NCBI GenBank assembly: GCA_951406725.2
Contig: OX597823.1
Coordinates: 83,142,001 to 83,206,000 of the forward strand
DNA length: 64,000 nt
DNA from: Octopus vulgaris
Taxonomy: Eukaryota
Direction: 5' to 3'
A model generated the notes under the pieces. That model saw only the letters and a program-made list of their open reading frames with translations. It was not told the origin of the DNA and searched no databases. How positions within the stretch are numbered: position 1 is the first letter of the stretch; the number at the start of each line of letters is the position of its first letter. The position numbers and the translations under genes are program-made. This document shows, one piece after another, positions 23,935-37,369 of the stretch.

Positions 23935-24060
23935 ATATCAAGTCCACTGCAAGGCGAGGGCCTCTGCACCTTCCATCCACCAACCACGGTCTAATGTGGA
24001 AGTCGTGATTTTGAGCTTGGTATCATACTGGTTTGATGAACCTACTCTGCCACACTGGTT
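23935..24060 (-). mobile_element. Possible RTE-clade 3' end fragment
   Basis: Minus strand encodes DRGWWMEGAEALALQWT*, similar to the RTE C-terminal DR..W....EAF.LQW pattern. Confidence 0.45.
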
Positions 24061-24719
24061 CGACATGGCTTAGCGGAGGGATGTAGTTTTTATACCCATA
24101 CCCAGGGTCAGTTAAATCTATTACATCGATTCCAGTACTCAACAGATCTCTCTTGTCATATTCCCGTAATTGATCGGGGACTGGTTGCGCTACATTCGGC
24201 GGCTCGCCGTAAATAAAATACGGGGTAAAAGCGCTAAGCAGTGATGTCACCCGTAAACTAATACTGAATACAAAATGTCAAGAAATAAGAAACGGTCATG
24301 GTTTGGACTACATTTGAACGACGAGTTTCAACATACAGAATCACTTTCCTCGACAGGTGTGAACGCCTTCAGAAAACTACAAAAAAGACTGAAGCTGTAG
24401 GTAGAGAGATTTAAATAACCTTTGATTTACAATGTCCACAAAATATTTACAGGAAGCCCAACGAAAACCATTTGCATATACTCATTAAAAAAAAAAAACG
24501 AAAATTTGGCAATATCAATAAAGTTAACAATGGTAAAAATAGGTAGTATTGCTATTACCTCCCTTTTCAAAGTAACAAATCTGAACAGAATACATTAAAA
24601 CATATATAAAATCTTGCACAATATTTTAAAAAATCTTTATGGAACCAAAAGATTTTATCATCATACAGCCACGTAGTAATAATTCAGAAGACGTTTTTAT
24701 TACCTCAACAGAGAAAACA

Positions 24720-25560
24720 CAATGTACCAAATTACAATCAGACCAAACTCGGCAGACACGTTAACAAAAGCTTATAACATACATAAAAGCAAGCATATAA
24801 CATAGATCTGTTACAAATGGCATGAGTGAATGGAATGTGATACTATATTAGATATGCAAGCTATCAAAATAAAAACCAGCAGCACAAAGCACATTAATGT
24901 AATAAACATAAACTCCACTACGTACCTCGCCAACCATCCCATCGTACTATGCACGTCGGCAACAATATTTTAATATTCTCATAAACACTATCGATGCAGA
25001 AGGGAGACTTGAACGCGGCCGTGAGTTCCTGGTTTTCAAATAATACAGATTACAAAAGAAGTAGTATAATAGCGTCACAAGTAAACTCTCTTTATATCCT
25101 AAACAATTCACACGTATATACCACACATACATCACCAAACATCACGTTCTGTTCCACATATACACACACAGCTATCACAGCGATCAGACAAACAATTTTG
25201 CAACTTTTCTCAAACTACCTATCAATTAGCATCACAACACACTCGTCCATAATTAAGAAAACAAGACCACTTTGATAAACTTCAAAGAAATTCAATGGAA
25301 CGAGTTCCACAAAGAAACAGAACCGACGTTTTCAGAATTCAACAACGTCTGTCACCAACATAGTCACTGTACTACATACAGTCGAGGAAATATTTATGGA
25401 TGCACCAAGAAATCATATCCCATATAGAAACATAAAATATACAATGCCAGGAACGAACCAAAAATAACCAGACACATAAAAAAAGCCAGAGACAACCCGA
25501 AGTAGATTGCAATAATACGCCAATAATGCCACGGACTAGCCAAATAAAATATCAAATAAA
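24720..25560 (+). mobile_element. Decayed LINE ORF2, AP-endonuclease region
   Basis: GDLNA...W, LYILN, SPNITF, then INFKEIQWNEF, matching GDFNAH..W / SPDIT / NFKKADW..F; A/C-rich strand skew. Confidence 0.65.
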
Positions 25561-25602
25561 TAAGGAAATAAATAAACTAACAAACATTTGCGTCTTACAT
25601 AT

Positions 25603-26025
25603 GCGAGGGCGTGGCTGAGTGGTTATGAAGCTCGCTTTGCAGTCAAGTTGTTTCGGGTTCAATCCCATTGCGCGGCACCTTGGATATGTGTCTTGCACTA
25701 TAACCTCGAGCCGACTAATACCTTGTGAATGAATTTGGTAGACAGAAACTGTATCGAAGCCCGTAGTGTATTTATGTGTGTGTGCGTGTGTGTGTGCGCG
25801 CGTGTGTGCGTGTCCATTTGTGTCTGATTTTTTTCCTATCCATCACTTGACAGTCGGTATTGGTTTGTTTTACACCCATATAACGTTGTGGTTTGGCAAG
25901 AGAGACCGATCAAACAAATACCGGACTTTTAAAAAAATGTGCTGGTAGTGACTTGTTCGACTAAAATCTTTCAAAGTGGTGCCCCAGCATGGCCGCAGTT
26001 CAATGGCTAAAACAAGTAAAAGAAG
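25603..26025 (+). mobile_element. SINE group B, diverged, interrupting the LINE relic
   Basis: GGGTTCAATCCCATTGCGCGGCACCTTGG...CCAGCATGGCCGCAG...AAACAAGTAAAAGA. Confidence 0.8.
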
Positions 26026-26687
26026 ATAATACAACTTCCATACCCAACTACAACATCCACAAAACTGTGTACTTCGCTTCTTAACAGTTTCGACACGAAC
26101 CACTTACATAAGAAAAGCATACGAGTATATACTACAACTTAAACATCCTCTGTACATGCAAAGATCACAGATTTTGCCGCAGTAACCTTCAGACCTCTCT
26201 GTCTCAACAACTATCTCCAAGTAATCAAACACTCAGACACTCTACAACATAAGCGACGGGTTAGTAGAGTTGTTAGAACGTTGGAAAGGTGTCGTGGTAT
26301 TTATTTGTTCTGACTCTTTGCATTCTTAGTCCAAATATTAACAAGGTCGACTTTGCCTCTCATCGTTTCGAGGTCGATAAAAACAAAAACAATCCGAGGC
26401 GTTATGACAGCGGAACAGTAAGAATGTCGAACCGGATGCCTTGCAGTATTTGATCTGGTTCATTGCGTTTTGAGTTAAAACCCCGCTACTGCCTATTTGG
26501 TTGATAGACTTATCTCGTCGGCAGGTTTAACTCCACCACCTAGCTCACTGGATTCCTTTAGCAGATTTTGCTTAATTCTAGGCACTTGGCTCGAGGCTAC
26601 CACTCTGTTATAATTGTGTTGGAAGGAAGGAGATATCCTCAAATCGGTTTGAGGATATCTCCTCCCTTCCAACATAATCACAACAGA

Positions 26688-26920
26688 GTGGAGATGCGTG
26701 GCATAGTGGTGAAGATGTTGGACATATGATCATAAGATTTTGGTTTCGATTCCTGAACCAGGCGACACGTTGTGTTCTTCATTTCACGTTGCTCCAGTCC
26801 ACTCAGCTGGAAAAAATGAGTAATCCTGCAAAAGACTGGCATTCCGTCCAGGTAGGGAATATATACGCAATTGGAAACCAGGAAACCGTGTTCAAAGTCG
26901 GTATGACTCGAGAAGGTAAC
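26688..26920 (+). mobile_element. Group A SINE (tail type i), diverged
   Basis: GTGGAGATGCGTGGCATAGTGG...GTTTCGATTCC...GCTCCAGTCCACTCAGCTGG. Confidence 0.75.
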
Positions 26921-27189
26921 TTTACGAGGTTTTGCCTTATTTTAAATCACTTTTAATCACAACAGATTGACATCCTCGTGCTGAATGTTTGAGGATATCT
27001 CATTTATTTCAATCGTTCCCTTCTGCCCCATAGCGGATCATCGGCTCTTCTTTACTGACTAAACAATAAAAAGAAATTCATCACAAAGCATTACCACAAC
27101 AATTTCCTAGAAATGTTATCTCTTTCATTCAATCCATACAAACATAAAAATGCATAAACATTTAACGGCTTGCCACTCCAGTAACGTTG

Positions 27190-27515
27190 GGAAGGCGCGT
27201 GGCTTAGTGGTTAGGATATCCGGCTCACGGTGGCAAAGTTATGAGTTCGATTCCCGGAAGTGCGGTGTGTCCTTAAGCAAGAAACATTATTTCAAGTTGA
27301 TCCACTCCGCTCAACTGGCAAAATGGGTTATGCCTGTAACTCAGATATACCAGTCTTGCCCCCACTCTGTACCACGCCGAACCTCCTTTAAAACTATATT
27401 AAAGGTGCGGGTGTCGGTGCCATGCTTTGTCACTTAAAAGTTAATTTCACGAGAAGGGTGTTTCGTTGGCCGGATTAACTGGAACCCTCGTCGTCCTGAC
27501 CGACGAAGTGCCAGT
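27190..27515 (+). mobile_element. Group A SINE (tail type iii), diverged
   Basis: GGCGCGTGGCTTAGTGGTTAGG...GTTAATTTCACGAG...CTGGAACCCTCGTCGTC. Confidence 0.75.
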
Positions 27516-27927
27516 AGCAAACATCGCTGTAAATGGATGGAGCCTGTTAACACTGTGTAAAGAAGAGCAGCAACTGTTATACTTTTGACTGTCTACCATG
27601 TCAACTCACGATGTGGCCACCCCCTAGGATCTGCAAATGTACAGAAGCAGATTACACAGTGCTAGAGAATTGGTAGCTTCTCGAATTAAATAGCGATCAT
27701 ATGTTTATGCTTTACATTAGCTCCTTCGCTCCGTCCAATCAACGTTGCCCGAAAAGGTGCGTCAGCCTTGGTAGTGATCGCAGAATAATGTTAAATGAAG
27801 TGTTTTGCTCAAGAACACAACACACCGTTCGATCCAGGAATTGAAATCACGATTTCGCGATTATTAGTGCAATCTCCTAATCACTAATCCGCACGCCTTA
27901 TAGAATACATCTAAAATGACATAAAGC

Positions 27928-28133
27928 AAGGCGCAGGAGTGGCTGTGTGGTAAGTAGCTTGCTTACCAGCCACATGGTTCTGGGTTCAGTCCCACTGCGT
28001 GGTACTTTGGGCAAGTGTCTTCTACTATAGCCTAGGGCCGACCAAAGCCCTGTGAGTGGATTTGGTAAACGGAAACTAAAAGAAGTCCGTCGTATATGTG
28101 TATATATATCGTATATGTGTATATATATATATA

Positions 28134-28167
<34 letters not shown>

Positions 28168-28377
28168 TGTGTCTGTGTTTGTCCCCCCCCCCAACATCGC
28201 TTGACAACCGATGCTGGTGCGTTTACGTCCCGGTAACTTAGCGGTTCGGCAAAAGAGACCGATAGAATAAGTACTAGGCTTACAAAGAATAAGTCCTGGG
28301 TTCGATTTGCTCAACTAAAGGCGGTGCTCTGGCATGGCCGCAGTCAAATGACTGAAACAAGTAAAAGAGTAAAAGCG
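27928..28377 (+). mobile_element. Young full-length SINE group B
   Basis: Complete match to copies at 50028-50440 and 56815-57290. Confidence 0.9.
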
Positions 28378-28995
28378 TATACAATTCATTACAATGCGGC
28401 GGTTGCATAACCTAGAGGTGATACATTATAACTAAGAAAATTATTTTCTGTATCACAGCTCATCATACAGTACAACTACCTACATGTCATAAGACAAGTC
28501 AATCCGGGCCGTCCAAGGGACAGACAACAATAACAATTACTACAGCAAAACGTAAGAAAGAGTGTTAGATATGACCTCTATCTATGTACTTACTGACCGT
28601 TGTTAGTTATATATTTATAGAAGAATGTGGGCTTCTAAGCTATGGAATTAAACATTGCTATCTTCTTTCGAAATATGATCTAAAAACGAAAATAACTTAA
28701 TTATTGAAAAGTAAAATAATCCCTAGTGACACAGAAATAATTGCTGCAAAAGTGGTGCATTGACTTTCGAAGAGAAAAAAACAATTGTTTATGTCAGAAA
28801 AACTTAAAATAATAATGAAGGGAGATATCAGGTGAGTTTTTATCTGAAAGATAGCATTGGTGTGTGGTATGGAGTTTGAAATATACACACACCCGCATAA
28901 GCACAGGTGCAAACAAATGTACACTCACACGGACATACATACATACATACATACATACATACATACATACATACATACATACATACATACATAGG

Positions 28996-29041
<46 letters not shown>

Positions 29042-30943
29042 AACATACATACACATATACACATATATTTATATATATACTCACACATAAACATACATAT
29101 ATATAAGCAGGTATATATGCGCGCGCGTGGGTGGGTGTGTTTGCATACATGTATATGTGTGAGAGGTAGAGTTTATAAACATGTATGTGTATGTATGTTT
29201 GTACGTAGCTATCGATTTATCGCTATACATGTATATGAAGTCGCATACACATAACTCTACGTATAAATACAGCCAATGGAAATTCGTCGGTTTCAACGAT
29301 GAATATTTGAACTATTCCTTCAACAGAACTACATACACATTGAGGGAACGTAAAATGAGAAACCAGTCACCAGACGCGTGTACCCTTGATGAAAATACTC
29401 TTGCACAACCAACGAAATATGGTCAGTATATAATAAGGCGGCCCTTTTAAGTTACAAGTGGATTATCCAACCGTCAAGCTGCCCATAGTTTCCGAATAAA
29501 AATTGGAATCCGGCCTAAAAGTTGTTTTCCGTAAGCAAGTTGAGGATCTTCTACGATTCGCCCTTGATTTCGACAAATGAATAAATATATGCATATGTGA
29601 ATAAATATATTTATATATGTGTATGTGTGTTTATGTATTCAAATGTATGTGAGTATTGTGTGTATATTGTGATATACTCTCCTGCATAGATGCAAAACTG
29701 GGATCACATAAAGCCAACACATTAAGAGCCACATGACCTTTAACATCCAGTGTTTAATGAAGATACTTTTACTTTGATACACGGTTTAAATTACGCATAC
29801 ATAAATGCTTCGTCGTAACAATACTGATGTCACCGAATCAGTCTCCTTCTAATACTATTTTTACTGAAGACACAATGCCTGAAATTTTGGGGGAGGAGCC
29901 AATTCGATTACATTGACTCCAGTGTTTCATTGGTACTTCATTTATCGACCTCGGAAGGTGGAAAGTAAAGTCAACCGCGGTGAAATTTGAACTCAGAACA
30001 GAAGGATGATTGAAATTCTGCTAAATATTTTGCTCTGTGTGTTGACGATTCATTAAACGAAACAACAATCAGCAAGTGTGTACAATGAAAGTAAATACGT
30101 GAAATGAAAACAACTGGAAGAGAAGCAAGCTTTTATGAAAGAAAAGTAAGAGCATTAATAGAAAGAGGAGAAAAACAATTATAAACTCTTATAAAAATTA
30201 CAAGGGCTAATAACATTGCCGGTATAGTGCAAAAATGTATTTGGAGTGTGCTATTATAGGATCAGAAGTGGAGACACAAATGGGTGACAGGAGAATAATT
30301 GAGAAGAGATCTGGAGGGATTATACGTGAAAAACAGAGTAGGGTAGCAAGTGAGGAAATGGGAAAGTGAAATTATGACAAAGATTAGAGAAAGGGTGAAA
30401 GACGAAAAAGGTTGAATGCGAGGGGACAGTAGTGAGGAGAGATGCAGAGAAGCATAAAATTGGATATGTTTCTATAGTATAATAATTAAATATGTAACGA
30501 TGCCAATTGTTGGTGTAAATAGCATCAAATATACGTGCATCAATATATGTGTCGGGCATTCAAGAATGCAATTCAATGCGTCCATCTAAAAGTGCAAATG
30601 GAAGCATCCATATATATGTATGTATACATAGGTGTACGCACACACGCATGCATGCACGCACATACACACACATATATATATATATATGCGTGTGTGTGTA
30701 TATGTATGTATGTATATGTATATGAAGAGGGAGCAAGAAACTCATAGCTCCATACAACTGATACATACATAAATGTACGCGTGCGTTCATTTATTGATCT
30801 GCAGGTGAGATATTTATTTATTTATTTATATTGGGACACGGATGGGAAAAATAGAGAAAGATACAGGATAATGAAGAAAGAAAGGTATTTGATGGATATA
30901 AGAAACTACACACACACACACTCACGCACATATACATATATAC

Positions 30944-31032
<89 letters not shown>

Positions 31033-32379
31033 AGAGAGAGAGAGAGAGGGAGAGAGATAGAGAGGTGGGAGTCTTGTGAATAGAATGGTGTAATTAGGAA
31101 TTTTCATAATTTCTTTTCCATTCAGTTTTATGTTTAATCAAATCAACTCGAACACCATTATAAATGGTTTCACCTCAGAACAAATCATTGTGCATAGATT
31201 GATTATGTTCTTTTCAGTTCTACATTCATTCCGAAACCACTTATATTCGCTTCATATACATTTTTAATTCACTTTGTATTGGACTATTCAAATTTGTTGA
31301 ATCTGGCATATAACCACCCATCTTCACTTCCACCACCACCCCATGAACAAACGGTTAAAATTCTATGTGGTTATTTCATCTGCTAGGAACAGCAAGCAAG
31401 TCACAATTAAATCTTACCACACACTGCTGTTTTAATATAAAAATGTCATGGTGAATATTATGACCCTTATACACAAATGACAGAATGGGGATGGCAGTAA
31501 CATTTTTGCTTATACATCTGGATTAGCGATGATTTGGAGTTAAATAGAACAACAAAAACAAAAAAGTATTCACTAACGCATTTGTTTGGAATTGTTGCGA
31601 AACATCTCTCAAATCACACCTTGCTCTTCTTAAAAAATGAAATGGACATTGGACAAAGAATATAGTTCTTTGCGGGAGGGTAATGACAGGTAATGTCTGC
31701 TCAATCAATTCTGACCTTCGGCTAAGCTATAGCTGCAACAATAGCCGACACGTCAGTACTTGATAGTGACACTTGCGGTTAGCTATTGGAACTTCAGGCC
31801 GACATATAGACATTAGCTCATATCTACAATCTGTATCGTCCATGCGATCAGTCGACCTGTTATAAATGTCTGTCACATTTCAAATCATTTCCTTCTCTGT
31901 TTTGTCTGATGATGAACACACTGCATAATGCTAAGACGAAGTAAAAATTAATATAATAAAAATAAAATGGTCTCGAATGCATGTATGACCATAGATTTAT
32001 CAGCTCAATCAAAGATGATTTGAGATTAAGCAACTGCAGTATCAACCATTTTAAAATTAGTAGAAATTGATATTCGATCGAATGAAATATCAAAGAACCG
32101 TTCCTTCAATACTATGAAAATATTCACATCTTGCGTAATATAAAGATAAAAGATAAAATACAATTTAATATACAAAGTAATACAAAGTTATGTAAGTCGT
32201 AAGTAATAATATGCGATGACCTATTGAGGCATTGACCAGAGTTCAACGTTCAAATAAAAAATTAAACAGAAATGCGTGACATTATATACTCTCAGTTACT
32301 TTGCTTCTATATCAATTATATATTACATTTATAAATTCTACATCGGGAATGACAAGAGCAACTTTAATGGCTAATTTAG

Positions 32380-32960
32380 ATAGTTTGATGAGTTAAATTT
32401 TCTTTGAAATATCCTATAATTCTAAGGAGATATGTGTGACATCGTTACGATTTACTATAAGGTAAAATGAGAAAGCACGAAGGTATAAAATGTCGAATGC
32501 CAACGATAAGTTATATATCAAGACTTGGAATGATGCTAAGGCCACTCTGTTCAAGGAAGCATGAAAGACTAGTTACAATAACTACTGGACTAAAGCAGAT
32601 CTGACTCTTGTCGAGGTTTCTTTTAAATTTCTGTTTGGTGACATTCTTCAAAATAATTATTATTGTTGTTGTTTATGGTCAGTGAGAATAGAAAGTATGA
32701 AGATGGCTTACATGTCAGTGAATATCTATTTCGATGAAATAGAGAACAAAGACTGGTCAACCTAGAAACGTCTCTCAACGGTGCATTTGCAATTTATGAA
32801 GATGGCTTCTTTGTTACTGAATATATATGCTTCAAGGCATTTGCCAAGTTAGAAGCAGAGATCAGCATCGAAATGACAAATTGATTTACCAGCAACACAC
32901 AGGTTTACAGCACAAAACTGGAGGCAGTGTCTAACTTCAACTACCCGTAGGCTATACAAC
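32380..32960 (+). mobile_element. Decayed non-LTR reverse transcriptase fragment (RTE/L2-like)
   Basis: TTGLKQI*LLSRFLLN (cf. GVRQGCLLSP.LFN), EISIEMT, KLEAVSNFNY (cf. LE.V..F.YLG). Confidence 0.55.
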
Positions 32961-33070
32961 ATATTCATAAGTTCTGACAAAAACATATAGTAATATATAT
33001 TATGGATAGGTAGATAGATAGATGCAGACAGACATACATACATACATACATACATACATACATACATACA

Positions 33071-33102
<32 letters not shown>

Positions 33103-33156
33103 AATATACTTTCACTTCACGTACTGGTTAACTGAAAGCGTTAACGTTAGGAATTC

Positions 33157-33223
<67 letters not shown>

Positions 33224-33243
33224 TAATAATAATAATAATAATA

Positions 33244-33691
33244 TTGCTTATTGATCGACATGAGCATCCCCTCTGATCATAATATCTCGGCGAAAGAGTT
33301 TGACAAGCTCAGAAAATATAAAGACCCGCTTATTGAAATTGAGAAAATGTGGCATCTCAAGGCGGTTACAATACCAGTGATCGTAGGAGCACTAGGAATG
33401 ATCAAAAAGGGAACCGAAAATTATATGAGAATGATCCCTGGCTTACCATCCCTGCAAGAAGTGCAAAAGATTGTCTTAACTGGTACATCACACGTATTGA
33501 GAAGAGCATTGTCGATGTGAGAACTTATTACTACCCATGTATTTTAATTTAACTTTAAAAAAAAAATGAACGAACTAGTGAGTTTAGTTTAATGGCCTAC
33601 CAATGTATACTATGAGTTTCTTTGCCCTAGGAGTTGGGAAGACACTCGGCAAGAAATGGAAGCAAATTTGAAAGAAGAAAAGAAAAAAGAC
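33244..33691 (+). mobile_element. 5'-truncated R4/Dong-clade retrotransposon inserted in (TAA)n
   Basis: Uninterrupted C-terminus CLLIDMSIPSDHNISAKEFDKLRKYKD...IPVIVGALG...VQKIVLTGTSHVLRRAL* (stop 33520) plus 3' UTR; (TAA)n at 33157-33243 and 33692-33745. Confidence 0.85.
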
Positions 33692-33744
<53 letters not shown>

Positions 33745-33745
<1 letters not shown>

Positions 33746-34600
33746 TCTTTCTTAGATACAAAGCCTGAATTTTAGGGGAGGGGTTTAGTCGATTACATCG
33801 ATGCCAGCGCTCAACTGATACTTATTTTGTCGATCCCGAAAGGATGAATTGCCGCTATGCATTTTGCCCGATCGCTAACGTTTCTGCGAGCTTGCCGCCT
33901 TAATAACAACAACAATAACAACAACAGCAACAACAACGGCAGCAACAACATCAATAATAATAATTATAATTATCCTTTCTACTACAGTCATAAGGCCTGA
34001 AATTTTGGGGAAGTTGGCGCAAGTCGATTACACCGACCCCAGTACATAACTGGTACTTATTTCATCGACCCCGAAAAGATGAAAGCAAAGTCGACCTCGA
34101 CGGAATTTGAACTCAGAACGTAAAGACGGACAAAATACCGCTAGGCGTTTTCCCCGGCGTCCTTGCGATTCTGCCAGCTCACCGCTTTAATTATAGTGAT
34201 AATAATGCTTTATAATATAGGCACAAGGCCTGAATTTTGAATGAGGGGACTAGTGTATCCTCTAAAGGATGAAAGGCACAGTCGACCTCGGTGGAATTTG
34301 AACTCAGTCCTTTCTACTAACGATTCTGCCAGCTCGCCGCCTGAGTTATAACAATAATAATAACAACCACTCAGAGAAACTGAACATATTCTTTTCTACT
34401 CTAGGCACAAGGCCCGAATTTTGTGGGGAAGGTGTCAGTTGATTAGATCGACCCCAGTATGCAACTGGTACTTAATTTATCGACCCTGAAAGGATGAAAG
34501 GCAAAGCTGACCTCGGCGGAATTCGAACTCAGTACGTAAAGACACGAAATACAGCTAAGCATTTCGCCTGGCATGCTAATGATTCTGCCAGCTCGCCGCC
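33745..34600 (-). mobile_element. Head-to-tail cluster of about 4 group C SINEs
   Basis: Repeated ACAAGGCCTGAA...GTCGACCTCGG..GAATTTGAACTCAG...GATTCTGCCAGCTC.CCGC units separated by (AAT)n. Confidence 0.85.
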
Positions 34601-34662
34601 TTAGTTATAACAATAATAATTACAACCACTCAGAGAAACTGAACATATTAAAGCATAAATAT

Positions 34663-34926
34663 AAGTGAAAATAAAAAATGTGCCCTTTTAAAGCCTAGCC
34701 AGGCTCATGAGCCCGGTTACCCGGTTTCTATAGCGTATGTGTTCCCCAGCTGAACGGGACGCCAGTCCTTCGGAATGTCACTCATTTTTGCCAGCTGAGT
34801 GGACTGGAGCAACGTGAAATGAAGTGTTTTGCTCAAGAACACAACGCGTCGCCCGGTCCAGGAATCAAAAACACAATCTTACGAGCATGATGCTGACACC
34901 CTAACCACTAAGCCACGCGCCTCCAC
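34663..34926 (-). mobile_element. Full-length group A SINE (tail type i) with TSD
   Basis: TSD AAAGCA(T/C)AAATAT at 34650-34662 and 34927-34939. Confidence 0.85.
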
Positions 34927-35521
34927 AAAGCACAAATATGGAAAAAATATTGCTCTTTATGGCTGCAATAGTGCACTGAGAAAAATCTAAACAATGGATG
35001 TCCCTTGGAAAACATAGAATCCTTAACTACTGGCTGAATATCCTCTCTGAGTCTCAAGAGAGATTGACTGCCTGCACAATAGTTTTATGCACGACTCCAG
35101 GAAAATCCCTTCCTGATAAGTAATGCAGTAACCACAAAAAATAGTGATGGTACTTCTAATCGGCAAAACAAAAAAAGAACTACCGACCAATTACATATCT
35201 TACAACCATGTATAAAATGCTAACATTCATTAAATACATATATATGCTCCTGATAGACAACAAGATATTCCCCCAACGAACAAAACGGTTATAAACATGG
35301 CTTTTAATCAATAAAGTTATTCTAGAGGGCTGCCACAAACGATGCAAACGTCTTTCTATTGCCTGGATTGATAACAAAAATACTTTCCCTATAGCTATAG
35401 TGAGAAATGATTGGAAATCTGTATAAAATCTATCCGGTTATTGGAAAATTTTGCTCAAATAATATGAAGCACTAGAAGACAACTCTAATACTGAACTATG
35501 GATGTTTACAAGTGGTATATT

Positions 35522-35563
35522 GTTGCTGACGAAGGCTCCAAAAAAAGATTCGAAATTTACAAC
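35522..35563 (+). ncRNA. Possible minimal hammerhead relic
   Basis: GTTG-CTGACGA-A-GGCTC...GATTC-GAAA-TT-TA-CAAC; stems short and imperfect. Confidence 0.3.
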
Positions 35564-36057
35564 TAATTATTTTACCATTTTATGTCCATACACATATTGT
35601 ATAAGCAAATGGATGTGCTCCATAGTATTTTATAGCAACGAAATGCAATATTGATTTCAAACTTTGGTACAAAGCCAGCAATTTTAGGAAGATGGAGATA
35701 ACATAAGTCGATAACATCGACCCCAGTGCTAAAAGACGGACGAAATGCCGCTAAGCATTTTGTCCGACGCAGTAAAGGTTCTGCCTTAAATATTAGTAAT
35801 ATAGCATTTAACAAAAGTATGAACTGCGCAAATTGGTCTATCCAGTTAATCCATCAATTCTGTGTTCAGATTCCGCCGAGGTCACATGCGTCTTTCATCC
35901 TTTCGGTATTGATAAAATAAGTACCGGATGATCACTGTGGTCGATGAATCAACTTAACCGCTCCACTAAAATTGCTGACCTTGTGCCAAAATTTGAAACT
36001 AATATTAATAGGTTTATAACCAATGTCTATATACATATACACATATATATATGTATG

Positions 36058-36124
<67 letters not shown>

Positions 36125-36296
36125 TTCGCCATGCTGGACCGTTGACCTCTACTGTTCTTTTCATTCTCTTTCTGTTTATTTTCTCTTATACTTCTCTGAT
36201 GAGGAGCGTAGGGTCGAAACGTAAACGACTTTCGTCAATTTTTCCGAGCTTCAAACTAATATGCCTGTCTTTGTCTTTTGTTTTTCTATAAATTTC
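36125..36296 (+). mobile_element. Microsatellite-flanked repeat with hammerhead-like core (family shared with 43716-43916)
   Basis: TTCGCCATG start after (TA)n; CTGATGA-GGAGCGTAGGGTC-GAAA-CG-TA at 36196-36223. Confidence 0.55.
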
Positions 36297-36411
36297 TGCT
36301 GTGTGTGTGCGTGTGTGTGTGTGTGCTAAATATAATGAGACAATATATAGACATATATATATATATATATATACATACATACACACACATATATATATAT
36401 ATATTCAGTCT

Positions 36412-36459
36412 CTTTCTACTCTGAGTTTCGCCTGGGTGTGCACAGGTTCTTAAAGCAAA
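36412..36459 (-). ncRNA. Degenerate hammerhead-like motif
   Basis: Minus strand TTTAAGA-ACCTG TGCACACC CAGGC-GAAA-CTC A GAG-TA-GAAAG; first core box decayed. Confidence 0.35.
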
Positions 36460-37369
36460 TTATATATATGTTTATATAGACCCCAGCCCACATATACATT
36501 TAAATTGTAGGTAACTTTGTGCTTGTCCTTCTCCCCCATCACATCGTTTGGTTTGTTTGAGGAGCCGTAACTTAACAATTTGACAAAAAAGTGAACCATA
36601 AACTTAATAAGGAATAAGCTTAATAAGGAATGAAGTCCATTTACTCGACTAGACATTTGAATGCAGTGCGCCAGCATGACTACAATCTTTTGACTAAAAG
36701 AATGTACAAGATAAAAAGAGTAAAACGATATTAAATTAAGCATAGCCATGCTGAATTCCGTCCAAAAACCACCAAGGGTACGCTTAGTAATATATTTTTT
36801 CACCGTTTACTTCTCTCGGAGATTTCAAATTTATTTATGAAATTCCTCGACTATTCAACTTGTATATTGTTTTCGTAATTTTAAATCTTCAAAGATGCAA
36901 TAGAATATATTAGTTCTCAAATTCTGTTGAAATATATAATATGTAGCTTCTCACGACTGACTTACAATTAATCTACATTGTTTCCTTTCAATAATCGGTG
37001 ATTTAGAAACAATATCGGCATAATTTCCGCCATCTGAAGTGAAGCAAAACGTCTCAGAAATGACGAGCCAATGAGAAAGCCTCTTCCTGGTCGCTAGACA
37101 CTGCTGCAAATAATTGTCATATCTAACTCATATGATACCGTACTATCTTAAAGGAACAACCTAGTGGCTATAGTCTTCTACAAGAAAAAAGAATGATTGA
37201 CGAAACAACGCTGGAATTCTTTTGGAACTAAACAACAAAAACAGCAACTCAGAACTGCATTATCAAAAGTTTTTTCCATATTTTTCAGTTAGCTGGCAGA
37301 GGCGTTAGCAAGTCTGGCAAAATACTGAGCAGTATTCCTTCTGCTTTTACTATGTGCTGAAACAAATAT

